Position numbers and translations under genes: made by a program. Positions 1-7,997 of a stretch of DNA of 32,000 nucleotides are shown piece after piece. The DNA is from Candidatus Nanoarchaeia archaeon. Its GTDB lineage: Archaea; Nanobdellota; Nanobdellia; Woesearchaeales; JANQNC01. The notes under the pieces are model-generated. The model made no database searches. It was not told the DNA's origin and saw nothing but the letters and a program-made list of their open reading frames with translations. Positions within the stretch are counted from its first letter, which is position 1. Every line of letters begins with the position of its first letter. The DNA lies in the NCBI GenBank assembly GCA_028279745.1, contig JANQNC010000001.1, forward strand, positions 1,110,001 to 1,142,000. The letters are read 5' to 3'.

Positions 1-1
1 G

Positions 2-274
2 TTTGATGTGGCATTGCAGTATTTTAAGGGTTTGATTGAAGAAAGAAACATTAACCCCGATGCGGTGGAAAAGTTGTGTAAGTTAAAGTATGGAATTCGT
101 GCCTGGCTGGGTTTGAATCTTTATGATGCTAAGAAAAAAGAAGTAGAAACTAAAGTTTGTCTGGATTTTTATGAAGAAAACTTCGCTGAAAGAGTTATTT
201 GGAGAGAATGGGTTAATGGGAAAGGGAACAAAGTTACACTATCATATTTTGAGAAGAGTTCGAGATACCATTAA
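2..274 (+). CDS. 3' end of a hypothetical protein gene entering from upstream
   Basis: The frame is open from nt 2, so the GTG at 8 is only the first in-window start. Stop is at 272-274. No recognisable motif. Confidence 0.4.
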   Translation, partial: FDVALQYFKGLIEERNINPDAVEKLCKLKYGIRAWLGLNLYDAKKKEVETKVCLDFYEENFAERVIWREWVNGKGNKVTLSYFEKSSRYH

Positions 275-1204
275 TTACTCATTATTTAAAGCAATTAAAA
301 ACTGTAAAACTTCTTTCATTTGGTCTTGAATTAATATCACTTTTTCTCTTTTTTCGGTATCTTTTATTTTTTTTGCTTCCTTTTTTGTGTTTTCAAGAGT
401 TCCATATAGCTTTGTTGCGCTTTCGTTTGTGAAATGGGTGTGTAGTTTTTTGAAATCTTGCATGGACTGTGTTATTTGTTGATAGTGGGGGATAAGGTCT
501 TTATGTGTTGGGGGTTCTTTTTTTATTAGTCTGATGATGTCTAAGTGTCTGTCACCTATTTCTTCTAATTGGTTTAAAAGTAAAAAGTAGTTGTTTGATT
601 GAGAGTTTGTCTCCCTTCCATATATGTTTAGTATGTTGTGGGCATATATTATTGTTCGATTGAGGTTTATTTCGGAGAAATTTATAATAAAGTCTAATAC
701 CTCTTTATCATCCTTTTGTATTGCACTAATTATGTCTTGTGATGTCTGTATGAGTATTGAGATTGCTCGGTTAAGTGAGGGTTCAAACTCTTCAGGCTTA
801 GCGTTTGTTAAAATCTTAAAAGTAGTTTTTGTTTTGTCTTGTTGTGTGATTGATATCCCTATTATCTGGTTTACTAAACCTTGTAAAAAAGGTAGGAGAG
901 GTTCTTTTTTTTCAGTGTGTTTGTTGTAAGCTGTGCTGTTTGTATATGTGAATGTTATTTCTGTAACTCCATTGATGCATAATGCGTTCAGATATCTTCG
1001 CACTAATGACTTGTTCATACCATCTATGTTAACGGTTTTCTTTTTTTCTTCAATCTTCTGCTTGACTAAAGTGAGAACAAGTTTATTGCCTTGTTCGGTT
1101 GCTTCTAGCTCATCTTTAGCATTAACCTTGTTCTTCTTGATCCATTTAGTAGGTAAACTTACGGTTAAGCTAGATTTGCCTTGTTTTACTACTTTACGTC
1201 TCAT
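275..1204 (-). CDS. AbrB/SpoVT-domain plus PhoU-like regulator (archaeal PhoU-type phosphate uptake regulator family)
   Basis: N-terminus MRRKVVKQGKSSLTVSLPTKWIKKNKV is a typical AbrB/SpoVT swapped-hairpin motif, followed by a long helical PhoU-like region. The track ORF extends to 1240, but alignment with the paralog at 1329 favours the ATG at 1204. Confidence 0.7.
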   Translation of the reverse strand: MRRKVVKQGKSSLTVSLPTKWIKKNKVNAKDELEATEQGNKLVLTLVKQKIEEKKKTVNIDGMNKSLVRRYLNALCINGVTEITFTYTNSTAYNKHTEKKEPLLPFLQGLVNQIIGISITQQDKTKTTFKILTNAKPEEFEPSLNRAISILIQTSQDIISAIQKDDKEVLDFIINFSEINLNRTIIYAHNILNIYGRETNSQSNNYFLLLNQLEEIGDRHLDIIRLIKKEPPTHKDLIPHYQQITQSMQDFKKLHTHFTNESATKLYGTLENTKKEAKKIKDTEKREKVILIQDQMKEVLQFLIALNNE

Positions 1205-1256
1205 CCTGTATATTGTAGGATGCTTATAGTATATAAACATTTCTAAAAAAGAATAT

Positions 1257-1274
1257 AAAATATAGAAAATATAG
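1257..1274. promoter_or_regulatory. Perfect tandem 9-mer AAAATATAG x2 in the divergent AbrB-PhoU control region (candidate operator or overlapping TATA elements)
   Basis: Direct reading gives aaaatatag aaaatatag, preceded by a third AATATA unit. It lies between the two divergent starts at 1204 and 1329. Confidence 0.35.
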
Positions 1275-1328
1275 CAAAAAAATATAAATATATTGGAATG
1301 AGCTTATATATAGTGGGGGTTAAACTAT

Positions 1329-2273
1329 ATGGAATCCAGAAAAATAATAGGATTTGGAAAATCTTCTTATGTGTTGTCATTACCAAAAAGATGGATACAA
1401 AAAAATAAACTGTCAAAAGGAGATGTGGTTTATATTTCTGAAAGCCTGAATAATTTGACTTTGTTGCCTAGCTCAAACAAAACAGATGAAGACTTGGTTG
1501 AGATGAAAATCAGTGTAAGTGACAGAACACTAAGCTGCATAAAAAGAAAGATAATCTCTTCATACATAAATGGGGTGAATGTGCTGTATATATCGGGGAG
1601 GGGCTTGGCGGATAAATCAAAAGAGATACGAAAGGTATTACAGGGATTGATAGCATTAGAGATTGTGCAGGAGAGTGCTGATAAGATAATCGCAAGAGAC
1701 TTCCTGAATATGAATGCAATAAGTATAACAAACATAATCAGAAAAATAGACATAATCATAAGGTCTATGTTTATTGATACAAGAAACACTTTGTTAAAAG
1801 GGACAGTTGAGGATTTGGACAGAAGAGATGATGACATCAACAGATTGACATTTCTAGTGTTTAGGGTGATAAAGTCGGTGATGTACAACCCTTCATTGGG
1901 TAAAGATAGAAGAATGGACTTAGTGGATCTAATGAACGCAAGGCACTTTACCTTTAACCTTGAGAAAATCGCAGATGCTCTGAAAAAGATAATCAAAACA
2001 TTCTCTGTTTTGGAAGTTGGCAAGAGGAAAAGAGAAGAGTTGGCTCAGATATTTATGAGAATGGAAAAAGGGTACCTAAATACGATGGCTTCTTATTATG
2101 AAAAAGACAGAGACTCAGCATACAAGATATCAAAAGAGCGAAAAGAGATAATAAACTCACTTGATATCTTCTTTGAAAGTACAACTGACAGAAACGTAAG
2201 ACAAGATGTTTTAGTGCAACTACATTCATTAATGCTAGCAAGCGATACTTTGATAAGAATAATACATGATTGA
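1329..2273 (+). CDS. AbrB/SpoVT-domain plus PhoU-like regulator, paralog of 275..1204
   Basis: N-terminus MESRKIIGFGKSSYVLSLPKRWIQKNKL has the same AbrB motif, followed by a helical PhoU-like C-terminal region. SD GGGGGT lies 9 nt upstream. Confidence 0.75.
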   Translation: MESRKIIGFGKSSYVLSLPKRWIQKNKLSKGDVVYISESLNNLTLLPSSNKTDEDLVEMKISVSDRTLSCIKRKIISSYINGVNVLYISGRGLADKSKEIRKVLQGLIALEIVQESADKIIARDFLNMNAISITNIIRKIDIIIRSMFIDTRNTLLKGTVEDLDRRDDDINRLTFLVFRVIKSVMYNPSLGKDRRMDLVDLMNARHFTFNLEKIADALKKIIKTFSVLEVGKRKREELAQIFMRMEKGYLNTMASYYEKDRDSAYKISKERKEIINSLDIFFESTTDRNVRQDVLVQLHSLMLASDTLIRIIHD

Positions 2274-4196
2274 TTACTTCTTCTGTTCAAAGAATAACTC
2301 TTCAACCATATCCAAAGTTGAAATCTCTTTAGGATTTCTATCTTCCCTTAATCTGATAACTCTTGGGAACCTTAAAGCATAACCAGAACCATAAGTAGGA
2401 GATTTTTGAATTTCCTCATAGTGAACTTCTATGACTATTTTAGGTTTGATCTTAACTTCACGACCTTTTTCAGAAGTGATGTGGGGTTTGAGAAGTTCAG
2501 TCATCTGATTAAATGTGAGACCTTCTTCCTCTTTCTCTTTAACTCCTGTTCCAACCTTACCAACTTCAACAAAATCATGAGTGTCTTCATCCAGACAAGC
2601 TAAAGTAAAAGAAGAAAGCCATTTACCCCTTTTGCCTGTGCCCCACTCAGCACCAACAATAACTAAATCTAACGATTCCATTACAGGTTTTAGTTTGATC
2701 ATATGCCCAACTCTGCTTCCAGGTTTGTAAGGAGCATCTAACGATTTGAACATAACACCTTCATTACCTTCCTTTAATGAATCTTCATAGAACTTCTGAG
2801 CTTTTTTATTATCTTCAGTGACTATCTGTTCAGCAATCCTGATCTTTTTAGGTGTGTTCTTAACAATAGACTTGATCAAGTCTCTCCTTTCTTTGAATGA
2901 GACTCTTAACATGTTCTTACCTTCATACTCAACAACATCAAACACATTAAGCTCGACAGGCAATTTTTTCACTAACTCAGGAATATCATACTTTCTCCTG
3001 ATCCTTTGAGAAATGTGTTGGAATGGAAGGTACTTTCCAGTTTTGGGATTAAAACCTACTGCTTCAGAATCTAATATGAAATTTTTACCATTAATATGAT
3101 CCTTAACTAAATCAACAACTTCTGGAAATTGTTTAGTGACGTTTTCCAATCTTCTTGTAAATAAAAGAATCTTGTCACCTTTTTTGTGAACTTGAAGCCT
3201 AAACCCGTCATATTTGTGCTCAATTGCAGCAGGTCTGCCAACTTTCTCAAAACCTTCATCAACATTACTCACTTTCTGAGCAAGCATAACCTTGATAGGT
3301 GTTTCAGGATTTAATGCTATCTTGCTTAAACCTTTCTTTCCATTTTCTTTCAAAGCTTGAGCAACAGTGCCAAAATCATTACTGACATCATAAGCGTGCT
3401 GTACGAGGTTGATGAAGTGATCGTAAACTTTTCTAGCGGTCTTTTCATCTGGTGCTTTAACTATGTCATAGTTGGTTATGGTGTCTATGTCCACATCTTC
3501 TATTTTGGTGATTTCAAGAGTTTTACCTGAGAACTTCTTTTCAGCTTCTATATTGAATTTGGTATTAATGTCTTCACCACAGCTTAGACACTTCTTTGAA
3601 GAAGGGTTTAATGTGTTGCATTTATCGCACTTGAAGAAAATGCCAACTGGCTTTGGGAAGAACGCCCACACTATCGCATCTCTTAAAGAACCTTCACCAA
3701 CACCAACTCTAAGATCTTCTAAAACTGTACGTACTATGTATCTAACCTCTAAGGGTTCTGCGGAAGTTAATAGTTCTGTAACTAGCTGGTTTTTTTTAGC
3801 AACAGTACCTTCACCTTCTAAAGTGGATAATTTTCTAAGATTATTGAACACTTTAGTAACAGTCAGTTCTTGGCTGAATAAAGTGTGCTGTTTCTTTTTA
3901 CCCATCAACTTTTCAGCAACAACACCTAAATCACCGATTTTTTTCCATTCTGTTTCTATCTTATTTTGTTCAATACCTGAAGCTTGATTGATGCTTTTCA
4001 AAACAGTCCTAGCAGCAACACCAATCTTATTCTCGTCCCAACTCGGAAAAACTTTACCTTGCAATAAAAGAACAACTTTTTCTAAATCTTCTTTACTGCA
4101 AGATTTTAGAAGTTGTGTAATAAAATGTGTTTTTTCTAAACGTTTAGATGTAAGTTCTAATCTTTCATAAACTTTAGCAAGCTCAGAGTATTTCAT
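2274..4196 (-). CDS. lig: ATP-dependent DNA ligase (archaeal/eukaryotic type) with a zinc-ribbon insertion
   Basis: Adenylation motif EHKYDGFRLQVHK (KxDG lysine). Also EGVMFK, KLKP and the C-terminal YALRFPR OB-fold motif. The N-terminal DNA-binding domain is collinear with Pyrococcus-type ligases. A TATA-like TTTAATAATAA lies about 25 nt upstream, so the mRNA is probably leaderless. Confidence 0.95.
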   Translation of the reverse strand: MKYSELAKVYERLELTSKRLEKTHFITQLLKSCSKEDLEKVVLLLQGKVFPSWDENKIGVAARTVLKSINQASGIEQNKIETEWKKIGDLGVVAEKLMGKKKQHTLFSQELTVTKVFNNLRKLSTLEGEGTVAKKNQLVTELLTSAEPLEVRYIVRTVLEDLRVGVGEGSLRDAIVWAFFPKPVGIFFKCDKCNTLNPSSKKCLSCGEDINTKFNIEAEKKFSGKTLEITKIEDVDIDTITNYDIVKAPDEKTARKVYDHFINLVQHAYDVSNDFGTVAQALKENGKKGLSKIALNPETPIKVMLAQKVSNVDEGFEKVGRPAAIEHKYDGFRLQVHKKGDKILLFTRRLENVTKQFPEVVDLVKDHINGKNFILDSEAVGFNPKTGKYLPFQHISQRIRRKYDIPELVKKLPVELNVFDVVEYEGKNMLRVSFKERRDLIKSIVKNTPKKIRIAEQIVTEDNKKAQKFYEDSLKEGNEGVMFKSLDAPYKPGSRVGHMIKLKPVMESLDLVIVGAEWGTGKRGKWLSSFTLACLDEDTHDFVEVGKVGTGVKEKEEEGLTFNQMTELLKPHITSEKGREVKIKPKIVIEVHYEEIQKSPTYGSGYALRFPRVIRLREDRNPKEISTLDMVEELFFEQKK

Positions 4197-4288
4197 AACT
4201 TGTTTTGAGTTGGGTTTATTATTAAAGTTTGCTGTTTTTATGTTACTAGGATGTTGTGTTGTAGTTTCTCCTTCACTTGCTAGTTAGT

Positions 4289-4308
4289 GGCGCTCTTCCT
4301 ATCGCGCC
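4289..4308 (+). repeat. Hairpin-family copy 1: GGCGC-TCTTCCTATC-GCGCC followed by TTTAGAAA
   Basis: 5-bp GC stem with a 10-nt pyrimidine loop. It sits between the divergent ligase and nitroreductase promoters. See the hairpin-family finding. Confidence 0.5.
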
Positions 4309-4343
4309 TTTAGAAACATTTATTAATTGAGTAATATAGAAAT

Positions 4344-5168
4344 ATGGGTATGGACGTTTATGAATATATCAAGAACAGAAGAAGCGTAAGGAAATTCTTA
4401 GATATGCCTGTGGAATGGGACAAAATGTCATTGATGATAGACGCAGCAAAATCAGCACCAAGTGCAGGAAACCTGCAAGGGTGGAGGTTTATTGTAGTGA
4501 CAAACCGGAACGCAATAAGAAAAATTGCGGATGCAGCACTGCATCAAACCTGGTTAGAAACAGCACCTGCAGTAATAGTTGCATGCTCAGATGTTGACAG
4601 ATATTCAAAGTATTATGGAAAAAGAGGAAACAAATTATATTCAATACAAGATTTATCTATGGCGGTAGCAAACATATTAGTCATGGCAGAAGCACAAGGA
4701 TTAGGATCCTGTTTCATAGGTGCATTTGAAGAAGAAGCAGTAAAGAGAGAGCTAAAAATACCTGAAAGCCTAGATGTTCAAGCACTTATTGCTGTAGGGT
4801 ATGCAGATGAAAAACCTCCCGAGCCAGCAAAACTACATCTGAGAGATGTGGTGTTCTTTGAAACATACGGAAACAGAGTGAGAAGACAGGGAATATGGCC
4901 TTTGGAAAAACACATAGACAAAGGAAGAGAAGCACTAGAAGTCTTTACAACAAAAGTAAAAGAGAAAAGTAAGGAAGTTGTTGATGCTGTTAAGGAAAAA
5001 GTACCTGAACAACCTAAAGAGGAAGTTGTTGAAGAGAGTAAAGAAGCACCAAAACAAGAAGAACCAAAAGATCAAGAACTCCCAGAGCCACCAAAGCAAG
5101 CACCCGCAGGAATCTCATCAGATGTATTAGAACAGATAAAACAGATGAAGAAAAAAAGAACTGAGTAA
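4344..5168 (+). CDS. Nitroreductase-family flavoprotein with an E/K/P-rich C-terminal tail
   Basis: RRSVRKF near the N-terminus and SAPSAGNLQGWRFIVV are classic nitroreductase-fold motifs. The last ~90 aa are low-complexity (KEKSKE...EEPKDQELPEPPKQAP). TTTATTAA at 4319-4326 lies ~22 nt upstream of the ATG, suggesting a leaderless mRNA. Confidence 0.8.
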   Translation: MGMDVYEYIKNRRSVRKFLDMPVEWDKMSLMIDAAKSAPSAGNLQGWRFIVVTNRNAIRKIADAALHQTWLETAPAVIVACSDVDRYSKYYGKRGNKLYSIQDLSMAVANILVMAEAQGLGSCFIGAFEEEAVKRELKIPESLDVQALIAVGYADEKPPEPAKLHLRDVVFFETYGNRVRRQGIWPLEKHIDKGREALEVFTTKVKEKSKEVVDAVKEKVPEQPKEEVVEESKEAPKQEEPKDQELPEPPKQAPAGISSDVLEQIKQMKKKRTE

Positions 5169-5247
5169 TTCTTTGTTGTTAAAAAAGAAAGCTTTAAATA
5201 CTAAAAACCTGATTTCTAACTTATAGTATTAAAGGGGAAAGTTTTAG

Positions 5248-7686
5248 ATGATTGATAAAGAGAAACTAACAAAAATATTATTCTTTCTTTTACCTATATT
5301 AGTATTAGCATCATTATCATTTGCTCAAGAAACATGTTCAGAATATGACTGTGGAAATGGTGAATATGGGAGTTGTTTGCCAATAGGCGGACAAGCAGAA
5401 ATTCCAGAGTTTAATGCAACAGCACTAATAGTGCTGATAGTTGCATCATTATCACTATTCTTATTTGTAAGAAACCCAGACCAAGCAAAAGCATTTGTCA
5501 AAAAATACAAAGCACAAGTGCTGATGGGTGTATTAGTTGTAGTTGGAGGAACGTATCTGGCAAGCAACGCAAACATAACAGGATATGCAATCGTAGATCC
5601 AAACTATGAAGACGTAGGACAGTTTGATTGTAACGTAACAGAATCATGCTTCTGTCCAACCTGCCCAGATTACATGGAATGGAACATCTCAATCCAACAA
5701 TGTCAAAATGAAACACTAGGTCCAGGAGATCCATGCACAGAAGACTTCCAATGTATTGATGGGTTGGAGTGTGATGAGGGTGTTTGTGAATGCCCAGAAG
5801 GACAAGACTGGAACGAGTCAAGCCAGCAATGTGAATCAGAACCAGGAATAGTCTGCGGTAATGGAGACGTGGAAATAGGGGAAGAGTGTGATGATAACAA
5901 TAACAATAACGGAGATGGTTGTGACTCAACCTGCGATGTAGAAGACGGATGGGTGTGCACAGGAGAACCATCTGAGTGCTCAGCTGAAGAATGCGGAGAC
6001 GGCATCGTAGCTGGAGATGAAGAATGTGATGATGATAACACAAATAATGGAGATGGTTGTGATTCAACATGTGATGTAGAAGATGGTTGGGTATGCACAG
6101 GAGAACCATCAGAATGTTCAGAAAATTGTGGAGATGGCAACTTAGACATTGGGGAAGAGTGCGATGATAACAATCTAATAGGTGGAGATGGATGTAGTGC
6201 GGTATGCACAATAGAAGACACAGACTGTGGAAATGGACAGGTAGAATTCGGAGAAGAGTGTGATGTGAATGATCTAAACGGATTAACCTGTCTGGATTTT
6301 GACAGCTTCAACTTCGGAACATTATTCTGTGATAACAATTGTAATTATGATACTAGTTTATGTCAAGTGGATGAGAATACTAGCACAAATAACAGTGTGT
6401 GTGGAAATAACATCGTTGAAGCAGGAGAATCATGTGATGGAACAGACTTAAACGGATTAACATGTTTAGACTTTGATACATTCTTACCTGGAAGTGTAAC
6501 TTGTTTAGATGACTGTACATACAACACAACAACATGTGATGTGGATACAAACCAAACAACAGGAGGCGTTTGTGGTAATGGAAATGTAGAATCACCAGAA
6601 CAGTGTGATGACGGAAACACAAATGTGGGAGATGGATGTAACTCGGTGTGTCAAACTGAAACAAACAGCACAGGTGTGTGCGGAAATGGAATATTAGACT
6701 TAGGAGAACAATGTGACGATTCAAACACTAACAACGGAGATGGTTGTGATGCAACATGTGACGTTGAAGATGGGTGGCAATGTAATGGTATGCCATCACA
6801 ATGTACAGCAGAATTATGTGGAGATAACATAGTTGCAGGAAACGAAGAATGTGATGACGGCAACACTGTAAATGGAGATGGATGTAACTCAGTATGTGAA
6901 ACCGAATCTTCCGGAAGCGGAGGAGGAGGCGGTGGTAGAGGCAGCGGCAGTTGCACACCACAATGGGAATGCACAGAATGGAGTGACTGCGGATACTTCA
7001 GCGGAACAAGAACAAGGGAGTGTACTGATAAAAGAAACTGCAGAACAGATGTAAGTAAGCCTTCAGAAACAGACCAATGTAGGGGAATACCTGCATGTAG
7101 CGACGGATTGTGGAACAATGGAGAAGAAGGAATAGATTGTGGAGGAAACTGTGAACCATGCGAAGGGGCAGAAGTACAACAGCCAACACAAGTTACAGAA
7201 CCACAACCAGGACCTGAAACAGAAGAACCTGCACCAGTAGAAGAAAAACAAAGCTGGTGGTGGTTATGGTTATTATTGCTATTATTACTTGCAGCATTAT
7301 TGATAGGTGGATTCATGATGTCAAGAAGACAACAAGCAGTACCAATAAAACCAACACCTGCAGTACAACCACCAAAGCCACAAGTAGCACCGAGAACACC
7401 AACACAAAGACCATTTGTACAACAGGCACCAAGAGTTGCGCCAGTGCCACCAGTAGTAGCACCAGCACCAAAACCTGCGCCAGTAGTTCCACCAGTAAAA
7501 CCAGTAACAACACTTGATGAAGCAATAGCTGCAGCAAAAGCAGACATGACTAATCCTCAGTTCAATGGAGCAATGCACTCAGAAAGAATAAAAGAACTAT
7601 TCAAAAAATTACCAGTGCAAGAAAAGACAAAAAGATTTGAGGATGTAATGAAAGTACTGGAAATGATCAAGAAAAAAGTACAATAG
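5248..7686 (+). CDS. Membrane-anchored cysteine-rich repeat surface protein (DUF4215 / myxococcus-type Cys-rich repeats) with a Pro-rich C-terminal tail
   Basis: N-terminal signal-like segment. At least 8 repeats of CGNGxxExGExCDDxNxxxGDGCxxxC. A Gly run is followed by a TSP1-like CxxxWxCxxWSxC...RxC module. A C-terminal TM (WWWLWLLLLLLLAALLIGGFMM) is followed by a P/V/A-rich tail. SD AGGGG is present. Confidence 0.8.
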   Translation: MIDKEKLTKILFFLLPILVLASLSFAQETCSEYDCGNGEYGSCLPIGGQAEIPEFNATALIVLIVASLSLFLFVRNPDQAKAFVKKYKAQVLMGVLVVVGGTYLASNANITGYAIVDPNYEDVGQFDCNVTESCFCPTCPDYMEWNISIQQCQNETLGPGDPCTEDFQCIDGLECDEGVCECPEGQDWNESSQQCESEPGIVCGNGDVEIGEECDDNNNNNGDGCDSTCDVEDGWVCTGEPSECSAEECGDGIVAGDEECDDDNTNNGDGCDSTCDVEDGWVCTGEPSECSENCGDGNLDIGEECDDNNLIGGDGCSAVCTIEDTDCGNGQVEFGEECDVNDLNGLTCLDFDSFNFGTLFCDNNCNYDTSLCQVDENTSTNNSVCGNNIVEAGESCDGTDLNGLTCLDFDTFLPGSVTCLDDCTYNTTTCDVDTNQTTGGVCGNGNVESPEQCDDGNTNVGDGCNSVCQTETNSTGVCGNGILDLGEQCDDSNTNNGDGCDATCDVEDGWQCNGMPSQCTAELCGDNIVAGNEECDDGNTVNGDGCNSVCETESSGSGGGGGGRGSGSCTPQWECTEWSDCGYFSGTRTRECTDKRNCRTDVSKPSETDQCRGIPACSDGLWNNGEEGIDCGGNCEPCEGAEVQQPTQVTEPQPGPETEEPAPVEEKQSWWWLWLLLLLLLAALLIGGFMMSRRQQAVPIKPTPAVQPPKPQVAPRTPTQRPFVQQAPRVAPVPPVVAPAPKPAPVVPPVKPVTTLDEAIAAAKADMTNPQFNGAMHSERIKELFKKLPVQEKTKRFEDVMKVLEMIKKKVQ

Positions 7687-7691
7687 AAATT

Positions 7692-7997
7692 TTACTTCAT
7701 CTGTTTCATAACTGAATTAAGAACTTTATCCACGGTGAAGAATATATTTCTATCAGTAACTTCTGAAGTTAGAACTTCGCCACCATTAACCAATTTAGCA
7801 TGAACTTCAAATTTTTTGTTACCTTCTTTTTCATTAATGTTTTTCAAAGTTAAAGAAAGATTTTCAAATTTGTCATTAGACTCAGAAATTTTCCTGACAT
7901 AATTACCTACAACTTTCTTAAGAATTACTAAACTTCCGCCGTCAAGCTCCTTAAAGCCAGTCAGCCTGATGTTGCCGCCCAACTCAATCGTTGTCAT
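7692..7997 (-). CDS. Small protein, possibly of the ribosome hibernation factor family (HPF/RaiA, S30AE-like)
   Basis: 101 aa. SD GGGGGT lies 8 nt upstream. The C-terminal half (FEVHAKLVNGGEVLTSEVTDRNIFFTVDKVLNSVMKQ) resembles E. coli HPF (ATLHVNGGEIHASAEGQDMYAAIDGLIDKLARQ) from memory. The N-terminus (IELGGNIRLTG) resembles LNITGNNVEIT. Confidence 0.45.
   Translation of the reverse strand: MTTIELGGNIRLTGFKELDGGSLVILKKVVGNYVRKISESNDKFENLSLTLKNINEKEGNKKFEVHAKLVNGGEVLTSEVTDRNIFFTVDKVLNSVMKQMK

Noticed and set aside
1205-1240. Upstream ATG at 1240 extending the AbrB-PhoU gene by 12 codons (MFIYYKHPTIYR)
   Set aside because: Alignment with the paralog places the AbrB motif right at the N-terminus, and the extension would consume the shared promoter region. 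It cannot be excluded without data.
3472-4170. Plus-strand ORFs 3472..3987 and 3988..4170
   Set aside because: They are antisense to the DNA ligase, whose motifs are unambiguous.
5498-7547. Long minus-strand ORFs (5498..6211, 5703..6338, 6651..7547 and others) antisense to the Cys-rich repeat gene
   Set aside because: They lie entirely within a plus-strand gene that has clear repeat and domain logic. Their translations are low-complexity (H/L/S/P-rich) with no motifs. They are an artefact of the repetitive, stop-poor antisense frames.
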